A stretch of 63,701 nucleotides of DNA, counting the filler, from Candidatus Rokuibacteriota bacterium (lineage in GTDB: Bacteria > JAUVQV01 > DATDCY01): NCBI GenBank assembly GCA_031406795.1. It is 6 parts of 6 records of this genome, joined end to end, with 100 filler letters (N's around TTAATTAATTAA, not from the genome) between each part and the next. Parts side by side here need not be neighbours in the genome. Positions count along the whole stretch, not along the records: positions 24,879 to 51,625 come from JANOHV010000243.1; 5 more parts are not named here. The stretch is one strand, 5' to 3'. Under the pieces are notes generated by a model that saw nothing but the letters and a program-made list of their open reading frames with translations, ran no database searches and was not told the origin of the DNA. The translations under genes and the position numbers were made by a program. This document shows, one piece after another, positions 30,928 to 39,102 of this stretch (position 1 is its first letter; each line of letters opens with the position of its first letter).

Positions 30928-31650
30928 TCAGTTCCGAAACAGGGTGATGGCCACGCCTCTGTTCTCGCGCAGACAGCGCTTGATCTCGCCGACGTTGCGC
31001 CCGCACGACAGCAGGGTCTTCCACGAGTACAGGTGGCGCGGCCGGTGGAAGTCGCTGCTGGCGACGTAGGGGTACTTCTTCAGGCCGACCGCGCCGAACA
31101 CGTCGTCGCGGTTGGCGATCTCCCAGGCGTCGATGTGGGGCGCGAAGTGCTGGCGGTTGTTCCAGAAGTACAGGGTGTTGCGGTCGGTGCGGGCCGACAT
31201 GTGGTGCGGGTGGCAGGCGATCACCAGGGCGTCCTGGGCGCGGGCGGCCTCGAAGATCCGCTCGTAGCCCCAGGAGGCGCAGACGTACTCCTGGATGTCG
31301 ATCAGCAGCAGGTGCGCGGAGAGATCGGCGTTGAGATAGTCCTTGGTGATCTCCACGCCGGGGATCACGAGCATGCCGTACGTCTCCAGCGCGCGGCGCG
31401 CTTCCTCCCGCACGGCGGCGAGGTAGGTGTCGAACGTCCGCTCGGTGACCGAGAGCCGCAGCCCGCGGGCGACCCAGCCGATCGCCGTCTCGCGGGTCGC
31501 CACGTGGTCGGTGATGCTGATCGCGTCGAAACCGGCCTGGCCGAAGAGATCCACCACCGCGGCGAGTTCGAGCTGCCCGTCCGAGAAGCGCGTGTGGATG
31601 TGGAAGTCGCAGAGCAGCGGCGCCGCGGCGGACGATCGTTCGGTATTCAT
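30928..31650 (-). CDS. PHP-domain phosphoesterase
   Basis: DFHIHTRFSDG, ITDH, PGVE, CHPH, SDFH. Confidence 0.9.
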   Translation of the reverse strand: MNTERSSAAAPLLCDFHIHTRFSDGQLELAAVVDLFGQAGFDAISITDHVATRETAIGWVARGLRLSVTERTFDTYLAAVREEARRALETYGMLVIPGVEITKDYLNADLSAHLLLIDIQEYVCASWGYERIFEAARAQDALVIACHPHHMSARTDRNTLYFWNNRQHFAPHIDAWEIANRDDVFGAVGLKKYPYVASSDFHRPRHLYSWKTLLSCGRNVGEIKRCLRENRGVAITLFRN

Positions 31651-31656
31651 GGCGGG

Positions 31657-31700
31657 AGGATGCCCCCCGCCCGTTGCGGTACGATGCGGTGACGGTTAAA
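31657..31700 (-). promoter_or_regulatory. Pho-box-like 11-bp repeats plus -10 (CATCCT) upstream of the PHP gene
   Basis: tTTAACcgtca|cCGCATcgtac|cGCAACgggcg-N5-CATCCT-N6-ATG. Confidence 0.45.
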
Positions 31701-32994
31701 TACCGGTGAGGGGGAGGCTGCGGTCGGGGATGCGCAGCGGGCTGCAGCCGCGCTCGCGCACCAGCTGCGCGTAGACCCGGGCGGCGGCGGTCGGCGTGCG
31801 CTCGAGCGTCTCCCAGTCGACCCGGTAGAGGCCGAAGCGTTTGGCGAAGCCGTACAGCCACTCGTACGTGTCGGTGAGACTCCAGTAGAAATAGCCGCGG
31901 ACGTCGATGCCCGCGCGACGGCAGGAGTCGAGCTCGACGACGTGGCGGCCGATGAATGCGGCTTTCCGGGCGCCGTCCTCCGTGGCGACGCCGTTCTCGG
32001 TGACCAGCAGCGGCAAACCGAAGACCGCGGCCTCCTTCAGCACGACGGACAGCCCCGACGGATGCTCCTCCCAACCCATGTCGGTCAGGCCGCGGCGGCC
32101 CCGGTCGCGATGGCAGACTTCGAGGCAGAGCAGCCGGTCGCGTCCGAGGCGAAAGCGGGTGTGGAGCCGCTGGTAGTAGTTCACGCCGACGAAGTCCAGC
32201 GTATCCCTGGTCGGTGCCTCGATCGGCACCGAGCGCGAGAAGGGCAGCGCCAGCCGACTGCGGCCCGTCGTCAGCGCCTCGAGCAGGGAGCGGTTGAAAC
32301 CCTGTCGGCCGAGGTGGGTAAGCAGGCGATCGAGCGGATGCCAGGGCCGATCGGGCGCAAAGACCGCCATGTTGTGGGCGACCCCGACGCGGGCGTCGGG
32401 GACGCGCGCGTGAATGATCGCGTAGGCCCGCGCGTGGGCGGCAAGCAGCGTGCGCAGCGCGGCCAGCAGCGCCGCGGGACTGCGCAGTCCCGGGGGGGTG
32501 CAGCCGACCAGGTAGCCGCCGAGCAGCATGACCATCGGCTCGTTGAAGGTCATCCAGTACCGCACCGCGGGGAGCGCGTTCGCGGCGCGCCGCGCGAACT
32601 CCGCGAAATGCTCGACGGCGGCCGGACTCGTCCACGGGGCGGCGGCGTGCAGCCAGGCCGGGCTCGAGAAGTGGTGCAGCGTGACGACCGGCTCGATGCC
32701 GGCCGCGAGCAGCTCGTCCGTGAGCGCGCGGTAGTGCTCCAGCGCCCGCTCGTCCCAGCGATCCTCCCGGGGCTGAATCCGGCTCCACTCCAGCGAGAAA
32801 CGGTAGGCGTTCAAGCCGAGCTCCCCGAGGAGACCGACATCCTCGCGGAACCGCTCGTAGTGGCCGGTCATCTGCGGCCGCTCCCGGGCGAGCGGGTCCC
32901 AGGTGGCCCAGTCGGCGTCGGGGGCGCCCTCGACCTGAAAGGCCGAGGTGGCGGCGCCCCACAGGAACGGCTTGGCGGGCGTGGGGGCGGACAT
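31696..32994 (-). CDS. Glycoside hydrolase family 1 (beta-glucosidase-like)
   Basis: WGAATSAFQVEG, YRFSLEWSRI, TFNEP, VTENG. Confidence 0.95.
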   Translation of the reverse strand: MSAPTPAKPFLWGAATSAFQVEGAPDADWATWDPLARERPQMTGHYERFREDVGLLGELGLNAYRFSLEWSRIQPREDRWDERALEHYRALTDELLAAGIEPVVTLHHFSSPAWLHAAAPWTSPAAVEHFAEFARRAANALPAVRYWMTFNEPMVMLLGGYLVGCTPPGLRSPAALLAALRTLLAAHARAYAIIHARVPDARVGVAHNMAVFAPDRPWHPLDRLLTHLGRQGFNRSLLEALTTGRSRLALPFSRSVPIEAPTRDTLDFVGVNYYQRLHTRFRLGRDRLLCLEVCHRDRGRRGLTDMGWEEHPSGLSVVLKEAAVFGLPLLVTENGVATEDGARKAAFIGRHVVELDSCRRAGIDVRGYFYWSLTDTYEWLYGFAKRFGLYRVDWETLERTPTAAARVYAQLVRERGCSPLRIPDRSLPLTGI

Positions 32995-33002
32995 GGCGGG
33001 TC

Positions 33003-33057
33003 ACGATGCCCGCCGGGCGCGTTGATCGTGTGAGCCCGACGTCAGGATTTTGCGAGC
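33003..33057 (-). promoter_or_regulatory. Pho-box-like 11-bp repeats plus -10 (CATCGT) upstream of GH1
   Basis: gCTCGCaaaat|cCTGACgtcgg|gCTCACacgat|degenerate unit-N5-CATCGT-N8-ATG. Confidence 0.55.
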
Positions 33058-33130
33058 GTGCCGCTGCGAATCTTGACAACCCCACGACGCTGCCTGAGGA
33101 ACCCGACGCAGAGACCGCGAGGCTCGCCCA

Positions 33131-33283
33131 GCGGCGGTCCATTCCCGCATCCGCATGCAGCCGGGCGACCGGGGCGTCGCGGCCGTTCATCTCTTCCGCT
33201 TCGAGAGCGGCAGGATCGTGGAGTTGCGGGACGTCGGGGAGGCGATCCCCGAGGTCTCCGTCAACACCGCGGGTATGTTCTGA
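33131..33283 (+). pseudogene. 3' remnant of a SnoaL/NTF2-like gene
   Basis: AAVHSRIRMQPGDRGVAAVHLFRFESGRIVELRDVGEAIPEVSVNTAGMF*; in-frame TGA at 33095 and no N-terminal half. Confidence 0.7.
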
Positions 33284-33360
33284 CCAGCCGCTGAAAACAG
33301 GTCGACCGAGGCCCGGGACGGCGCGCCGGAACATATTCTGCCGCTCCCCTGTTGCACCCA

Positions 33361-33388
33361 TTGACACCCGCGCCGCGCGGTGGACAAT
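33361..33388 (+). promoter_or_regulatory. Putative promoter of the molybdoenzyme operon
   Basis: TTGACA-N16-GACAAT. Confidence 0.5.
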
Positions 33389-33480
33389 GACTCCCAGCTG
33401 CAGGTCCCGGGTTCCTTCGGCGCCCGCCATTGGCTGCCCGGGAACGTCTCTCGTTGATGCGACAGCGTGAGGAGGCGAAC

Positions 33481-34107
33481 ATGGACCGGGATCACCCAGA
33501 CAATTCCTGCCGTTGCCGCGGCATCAGCCGCCGGCAGTTCCTCCAGGGCGTGGGCGCGGGCGCCGTGGTCGTCTCGGCCGCGGCGCACATCGGCGCCCGG
33601 GAGGCGAAAGCCAGCGAGGTCCTCCCGGCCGGGGAGATGGCGAAGGTCACCCTGTCGATCAACGGGCGCCGCCACGTCCTGCTGGTGGAGCCGCGCACCA
33701 CGCTGCTGACGGTGCTGCGCGAAGGGCTCGGGCTCACGGCCAGCAAGGCCGGCTGCGAGCGCGGGGAATGCGGCGCCTGCACGGTGCTGATGAACGACGC
33801 CCCGCGCTACGCCTGCCTGACGCTGGCGGTCGCGGCCCAGGGCTTCGAGATCACAACGCTGGAGGGGCTGATGCGCGGCGAGGAACTCGGCCCCGTCCAG
33901 CAGGCCTTCGTCGAGAACGACGCGTTCCAGTGCGGCTATTGCACCCCCGGCCAGATCGTCGCCGTCGAGGGGCTGCTGCGGGCCGTGCCGCAGCCGACCC
34001 TCGATCAAATCCGCATGGGGGTCAGCGGGAATCTCTGCCGCTGCGGCGCTTACGTCAACATCTTCGCGGCGGCGAAACAGGCCGCGGCGCTCAAGCAGAA
34101 GGGGTGA
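33481..34107 (+). CDS. Xanthine dehydrogenase-family 2x[2Fe-2S] subunit with Tat signal (PaoA/YagT-like)
   Basis: SRRQFL Tat motif; GCERGECGAC, QCGYC, NLCRC. Confidence 0.92.
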   Translation: MDRDHPDNSCRCRGISRRQFLQGVGAGAVVVSAAAHIGAREAKASEVLPAGEMAKVTLSINGRRHVLLVEPRTTLLTVLREGLGLTASKAGCERGECGACTVLMNDAPRYACLTLAVAAQGFEITTLEGLMRGEELGPVQQAFVENDAFQCGYCTPGQIVAVEGLLRAVPQPTLDQIRMGVSGNLCRCGAYVNIFAAAKQAAALKQKG

Positions 34108-34112
34108 GGGCG

Positions 34113-36425
34113 ATGGCGGAGAAGGATTATTACACCGAAGGCGTGCCCGTTCCCGAGACGCCGCCGCCGGACGCCGAACCCGCCGCCTGGGGGAAGACCC
34201 ACGCTATCGGCTCGCGACAGCCCCGCGTCGACGCCTACGAGCGCGTCAGCGGCACCGCGATCTACCCCTCCGACATCTGCCTCCCCGACATGCTCTACGC
34301 GGCGATCCTGCGCTCTCCGCACCCCAAGGCGCGCGTAAAGAAGGTCGACGCGACGAAGGCCGCCGGGATGCGCGGCGTGCGCGCCGTGCTCACCGCCGAG
34401 GACCCGCTGGCCCGCAACGTGCGGTGGCCATGGTCCAGCAAGCTGAGCGCGGCCCTCTTCGACGCCACGTGCCGGTTCGAGGGCGAGGCGGTCGCCGCGG
34501 TCGCGGCCGAGTCGTCGGCGCTCGCGCGCGACGCGCTGCGGGCCATCGAGGTGGAGTACGAGGTGCTGCCGCCGCTGGTCGAGTTCGAGAAGGCCCTCGA
34601 CGCCGACGCGCCCCACGTCCAGGAGGGAGGCAACACCACGAACACCGTCGCCTATGCGCGCGGCGACGTCGCCAAGGGCTTCGCCGAGGCCGAGGCCGTG
34701 GTCGAGGAGACTTTCCGCACCGCCTGCGAGATCCACACACCGCTCGAGCCGCACGGCTGCGTCGCCCGCTGGGACGGCGACTCGCTGGTGCTCTGGGAGT
34801 CGACCCAGGGGGTCTACACCATCCAGTCGCGCGTCGCGGAGGTTCTCGGGCTGCCGCTCTCGCGGGTGCGGGTCATCGGCCACTACGTCGGCGGCAGCTT
34901 CGGCAGCAAGCTGGCGCTCGGGAAGTACACGATCATCGCGGCGCTGCTGGCGAAAAAGACCGCCCGGCCGGTGAAGCTTTTCCTGACGCGCGAGGAGACG
35001 ATGCTCTCGGTCGGCAACCGCCCCCCCGCGGTAATGACGCTCAAAGCCGGCGCCAAGAAAGACGGCACCCTGACGGCACTGCAGTTCACGGCGCGCGGCA
35101 GCGGCGGCGCCTACCCGGCCGGCGGGGTCAACTCCGTCGACTGGCTGATCAAGGACCTCTACCTCTGCCCGAACGTGAAGTCGGACATGACCGACGTCTT
35201 CATCAACGCCGGCCCGGCGCGGCCGTTTCGGGCTCCCGGCCATCCCCAGGGGAGCTGGGCGCTGGAGCAGACGATGGACCTGCTGGCGGAGAAGCTCGGC
35301 CTGGACCCGGTTCAGCTGCGGCTGATGAACATCCCGACGGTGAGCCAGGGGCGCGAGGGGGCGCCGCCGTACACCTCGACCGGGCTGCGCGAGTGCATCG
35401 TCCGCGGGGCCGAACTGTTCGGGTGGAGCGAGGCGCGGCTGCGGGCCGAGAGGACGCGCTCCGGCCCCGTGCGGCGGGGCGTCGGCATGGCGGCGGCACT
35501 CTGGATCGGCGGGGCCGGCGGCCCGCCGTCGACGGTCGTGCTGAAGCTCTTCGCCGACGGCAGCGTGAATCTCAACATGGGGGCGAGCGACATCGGCACC
35601 GGGACCAAGACCGTGATGGCGATGGTGGTCGCCGAAGAACTGGGCGTGAAGCCCGAGTTCATACAGATCGAGCACGCTGACACCGGCACCACGCAGTTCG
35701 CCACCGGCAGCGGCGGCAGCAAGACCGTCCCCACCGAGTCCCCCGCGGTGCGGGCGGCGGCGGTGGAGGTCAAGCGGCAGGTACTCGCGCTGGCCGCGGA
35801 GGAACTCAAGGCGCAGGTCACCGCGCTCGATCTTGTCGGCGGGGAGATCGTCGACGAGCGCGACCCGGGCCGCAAGATCAAGCTCACGGCGCTCGAGAAG
35901 CTCAAGAAGCGCGGGGTGATCGTCGGCGTGGGCTACCGCGGGCCGAACCCCGAGGGGAAGGCCGTCAACCCGTTTGCCGCGCAGTTCTGCGAGGTGGAGG
36001 CGGACCTGCGCACCGGTGAAGTCCGGATCGTGCGCTTTCTCGGGGCGCACGAAAGCGGCCGGGTCATGAACCGGGCGACCTTCGACAATCAGGTCTACGG
36101 CGGGATTACGATGGGCATCGGCTTCGCGCTCACCGAGGAGCGCACGCTCGACGCAGGGCAGACGGGGAAGATCTGCAACCGCAATTGGCATGACTACCAG
36201 GTGCCTACGGCGCTGGATGTGCCGCCGACGATCACCTCGGTGGCGATCGACGCGCCGGATGCGCAGGCGAACACCACGGGGGCGAAGGGGCTCGGCGAAC
36301 CGGTGACGATCCCCACGGCGGGGGCCGTCGCGAACGCGGTCGCTCACGCCATCGGGGCGCGGGTCAAAGAAACGCCGATGACGCCGGGTGCCGTAAACCG
36401 CGTCCTCGCGAGCCGGAAGGAGTAA
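34113..36425 (+). CDS. Xanthine dehydrogenase-family molybdopterin subunit (PaoC/YagR-like)
   Basis: GGSFGSK, FRAPG, DIGTG, GAKGLGEP. Confidence 0.92.
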   Translation: MAEKDYYTEGVPVPETPPPDAEPAAWGKTHAIGSRQPRVDAYERVSGTAIYPSDICLPDMLYAAILRSPHPKARVKKVDATKAAGMRGVRAVLTAEDPLARNVRWPWSSKLSAALFDATCRFEGEAVAAVAAESSALARDALRAIEVEYEVLPPLVEFEKALDADAPHVQEGGNTTNTVAYARGDVAKGFAEAEAVVEETFRTACEIHTPLEPHGCVARWDGDSLVLWESTQGVYTIQSRVAEVLGLPLSRVRVIGHYVGGSFGSKLALGKYTIIAALLAKKTARPVKLFLTREETMLSVGNRPPAVMTLKAGAKKDGTLTALQFTARGSGGAYPAGGVNSVDWLIKDLYLCPNVKSDMTDVFINAGPARPFRAPGHPQGSWALEQTMDLLAEKLGLDPVQLRLMNIPTVSQGREGAPPYTSTGLRECIVRGAELFGWSEARLRAERTRSGPVRRGVGMAAALWIGGAGGPPSTVVLKLFADGSVNLNMGASDIGTGTKTVMAMVVAEELGVKPEFIQIEHADTGTTQFATGSGGSKTVPTESPAVRAAAVEVKRQVLALAAEELKAQVTALDLVGGEIVDERDPGRKIKLTALEKLKKRGVIVGVGYRGPNPEGKAVNPFAAQFCEVEADLRTGEVRIVRFLGAHESGRVMNRATFDNQVYGGITMGIGFALTEERTLDAGQTGKICNRNWHDYQVPTALDVPPTITSVAIDAPDAQANTTGAKGLGEPVTIPTAGAVANAVAHAIGARVKETPMTPGAVNRVLASRKE

Positions 36426-36431
36426 GCGACC

Positions 36432-37406
36432 ATGCTGCCGAACTTCGACTATGTGCAGGCGCGCGATCTGCGGGAGGCGGTGCGTCTTCTCGGCGCGGAG
36501 GGCGCCCGGGTCCACGCCGGCGGAACGGACCTGCTCGGCTGTCTGCGGGACGGGGTTTTCGGGGTCCGGACGGTGGTGAGCATCGCCGGGCTCGGCGAGC
36601 TCGCGGGCATCAGCGAACTCGCGGGCGGCGCGCTGCGGATCGGGGCGCTCACCAGCGTCGCCGCGGTGGCGTCGAACCCGATGGTGCGCGAGCGCTACCG
36701 GGCCCTCGCGCAGGCCGCGGAATCGGTGGGAAGCCCCCAGCTGCGCAACCAGGGGACGATCGGCGGCAACCTCTGCCAGAAGCCGCGCTGCTGGTATTAC
36801 CGCGGGGAGTTCGACTGCCTGAGAAAGGGCGGGCAGAAGTGTTTCGCGGTGGAGGGGCAGAACGCCGGCCACTGCATCCTCGGCGGGGCCGACTGCTTCA
36901 TCGTCCACCCCTCCGACATCGCGCCGGCGTTGGTCGTCTTCGGGGCGAGCGTGAAGATCGCGGGGCCGCGGGGCGAACGCTCGCTGCCGGTTGAAGGCTT
37001 CCATATGCCGCCGGGGAAGGACGCGCAGCGAGAGACGATGCTCGAGCCGGGAGAGGTCGTGACCGGCTTCGAAATCCCGGCGCCGCCCCCGGGTTGTCGC
37101 AGCAGCTATCGCAAGGTCCGCTCGCGCCAGTCGTGGGACTTCGCGCTGGCGGGCGTGGCCCTCGCCCTGCGCGTTGAGAGCGGGAAGGTCACTTGGGCGC
37201 GGGTGGCGCTCTCGGGCGCCGCGCCGATCCCCTGGCGGTCGAAGGAGGCCGAGGCGGTCCTCACGGGTGCGACCATCGGCCCGGAGATCGCGAAGAAGGC
37301 CGCCGCCGCGGCGATGGCGGGCGCCAGGCCGCTCGCGAAGAACGGCTACAAGGTGCGGCTCTTCGAAGGATTGATCGCGACGGAGATTCTGAAGACCCTG
37401 GCCTGA
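36432..37406 (+). CDS. Xanthine dehydrogenase-family FAD subunit with [4Fe-4S] insert (PaoB/YagS-like)
   Basis: AGGTDL, PQLRNQGTIGGNLCQKPRCWYYR, C..KGG..C, HPSD. Confidence 0.92.
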   Translation: MLPNFDYVQARDLREAVRLLGAEGARVHAGGTDLLGCLRDGVFGVRTVVSIAGLGELAGISELAGGALRIGALTSVAAVASNPMVRERYRALAQAAESVGSPQLRNQGTIGGNLCQKPRCWYYRGEFDCLRKGGQKCFAVEGQNAGHCILGGADCFIVHPSDIAPALVVFGASVKIAGPRGERSLPVEGFHMPPGKDAQRETMLEPGEVVTGFEIPAPPPGCRSSYRKVRSRQSWDFALAGVALALRVESGKVTWARVALSGAAPIPWRSKEAEAVLTGATIGPEIAKKAAAAAMAGARPLAKNGYKVRLFEGLIATEILKTLA

Positions 37407-37425
37407 GAAACCCCGTCGCTGCGGG

Positions 37426-38556
37426 TCAGACGATCTTTCCCGGAGGCGGCTCGCCGGCTGGTCGCCGGTCAGCGGCCGGAGCCTTGGGGATGGCGACCCT
37501 GAATGTGGTGCCGCCGGGTTCGGCGCTGGTGAATCCGACCGCCCCCCCGAGGTAGCGCTCGACGAACAACTTGATGCTGTAGGTGCCGATCCCTCTGCCG
37601 CTCTCCGCTTTGGTGCTGAAGGAGCGCTGAAAGACCTGAAGCCGAACCTCGCGGGGCATGACGCCGGGGTTGTTCACCTCGAGCGCCACCCGCTCGCCCA
37701 GATCGCGGCAGCAGATGCGGACGGCCCCGCCTTCGGCGGTCGCCTCCAGCGCATTCTTCACCAGGTTGCCGAGGACCCGCCGGACGATCACCCCATCGCT
37801 CCGGATGGTGCAGGATGTCTCCTCCCCGATCTCGAGATGCCGTCCCCGGGCGACGCGATGGTCCGCGTACGTCTCGCAAACCTCGCGCAGGACATCCGGG
37901 ACCACGACCGCCTCGATTCGCGGCACGAACAACCCGCGTTCCGCCGCAAGCAAGTCGCGCTGGTGGCTGATCTCCTCGATGAGCCGCTGCGACAGACGGG
38001 CCATCCCCTGACGGCAGTCTCTCTCACGTTCCGGAGGCAGGATCCGGTCGGGGTCGGCGAGAATGCCGGCCAGGCCGTGGATCCCACCCACGGTGTTCAG
38101 GATGTCGTGGAAGAAGAGGTTCTCCAGGATCGCACGACGCTTCTGGTCGCTGATGTCGCGCAGGATGCAGATCGTCAGCGGGTCGCCGTCCACGATGGCC
38201 TGCCTGACGGTCACGAACAGGTCGAGCGCGTCGACCCTCCCCCCGCCGATGAGAATGCGGGCCTCCCGCGAGGGGATCTCGCCCTTGCGCTGGCTCGCCA
38301 GGATCGCCTGGAACACCCCGCACAGGCCGCAGCGATCGCCGGTGCCGCACCCGTTCGGCGCTTCCGCGACGCCGACGCAGCCGAGAATCTCCCCCGGACG
38401 ATGGCCCTTGAGCAGCTCCTCGGGCTTCCCGAGCGTCAGCAGCGCCTGCTGGTTGGCGGCAATCACCTGCCGTTGGTCGTCGAGAATCAACACCATGTCG
38501 GGGATGGCCTCGAGGAATTCCGCCAGGAAGGCGTCGAGATGGATCTTGCGGTGCAT
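37426..38556 (-). CDS. Cytoplasmic PAS-domain sensor histidine kinase
   Basis: FFHDILN H-box, NLVKNALEA, FSTKAESGRGIG. Confidence 0.9.
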   Translation of the reverse strand: MHRKIHLDAFLAEFLEAIPDMVLILDDQRQVIAANQQALLTLGKPEELLKGHRPGEILGCVGVAEAPNGCGTGDRCGLCGVFQAILASQRKGEIPSREARILIGGGRVDALDLFVTVRQAIVDGDPLTICILRDISDQKRRAILENLFFHDILNTVGGIHGLAGILADPDRILPPERERDCRQGMARLSQRLIEEISHQRDLLAAERGLFVPRIEAVVVPDVLREVCETYADHRVARGRHLEIGEETSCTIRSDGVIVRRVLGNLVKNALEATAEGGAVRICCRDLGERVALEVNNPGVMPREVRLQVFQRSFSTKAESGRGIGTYSIKLFVERYLGGAVGFTSAEPGGTTFRVAIPKAPAADRRPAGEPPPGKIV

Positions 38557-38598
38557 TATCGCCCTCGCCTTTCTCGCGACCACGACGGCATCGTCGTG

Positions 38599-38628
38599 GC
38601 AGCGGCAGCAGCAGCAGCAGCAGCAGCG
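38599..38628. repeat. (GCA/CTG)n trinucleotide tract, 7 perfect units at 38605-38625
   Basis: Direct reading. Confidence 0.9.
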
Positions 38629-38629
38629 G

Positions 38630-38659
38630 ATTATCCGCACCTTGCCGAAGCGTTGTCAA
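38630..38659 (-). promoter_or_regulatory. Putative promoter of the PAS kinase
   Basis: TTGACA-N18-GATAAT. Confidence 0.55.
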
Positions 38660-38677
38660 CTGCCGGCGTCTGCGCGG

Positions 38678-38710
38678 CTTCACGGGATTCTCACGATGGA
38701 CTCACACCGG
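38678..38710 (+). promoter_or_regulatory. Pho-box-like triple 11-bp repeat
   Basis: cTTCACgggat|tCTCACgatgg|aCTCACaccgg. Confidence 0.65.
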
Positions 38711-38783
38711 GCTTGCCGTCCGCGGCGAACCTGCTCGCCAGCGGGAACGACGACAACGGCAACTACGAATGACGGAGGAACCC

Positions 38784-39002
38784 ATGTACAACAGCGGCAA
38801 CCCGAGGCCGGGCACGATTGACCAGCGGGCGCAACCGCAGTGTCCATTCTTCAACCACGCGGCCGCAATTTGCCAGGCCGCGCTCACCCCCCGCACGCCG
38901 CCCCGAAAAACCCGGGCGGCGGCGTGCGGTTGCGGCGACTTCGAGGACTGCACCACGTATCTGGTGCGACTCCTCAATCGGCCGCTCGCCCGTCACCGCT
39001 AG
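38784..39002 (+). CDS. Small Cys-rich hypothetical protein (72 aa) upstream of phoB
   Basis: SD GGAGGA; CPFF-x6-C...CGCGDFEDC..YL. Confidence 0.65.
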   Translation: MYNSGNPRPGTIDQRAQPQCPFFNHAAAICQAALTPRTPPRKTRAAACGCGDFEDCTTYLVRLLNRPLARHR

Positions 39003-39029
39003 CGCCCGGCCCGGCGTTCCTTTACAATC

Positions 39030-39095
39030 TCTCGCGGGGCAGCAACGCGATTCTCGCGCGCTGCTAACACGGCGCTCACACGCCTGGCCGAGGAT
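39030..39095 (+). promoter_or_regulatory. Pho-box-like five-unit array plus -10 of phoB
   Basis: tCTCGC|aGCAAC|tCTCGC|gCTAAC|gCTCAC at exact 11-bp period, then N5-GAGGAT-N7-ATG. Confidence 0.65.
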
Positions 39096-39102
39096 TCGGG
39101 GC

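Noticed and set aside
33389-33480. Possible Moco riboswitch in the molybdoenzyme leader
   Set aside because: I could not find the conserved Moco RNA motif elements; an Infernal/Rfam scan would settle it
27687-37004. Very long alternative ORFs (e.g. 27687-30587 +, 30899-33430 -, 34050-37004 -)
   Set aside because: Antisense or off-frame shadows of real genes, expected in high-GC DNA; Arg/Ala/Gly-rich with no motifs
38557-38640. Poly-Cys N-terminal extension (CCCCCCCRC) of the PAS kinase in the ORF track
   Set aside because: It arises from the CTG tract; the upstream GTG lies inside the predicted promoter, and ATG 38556 is the more plausible start
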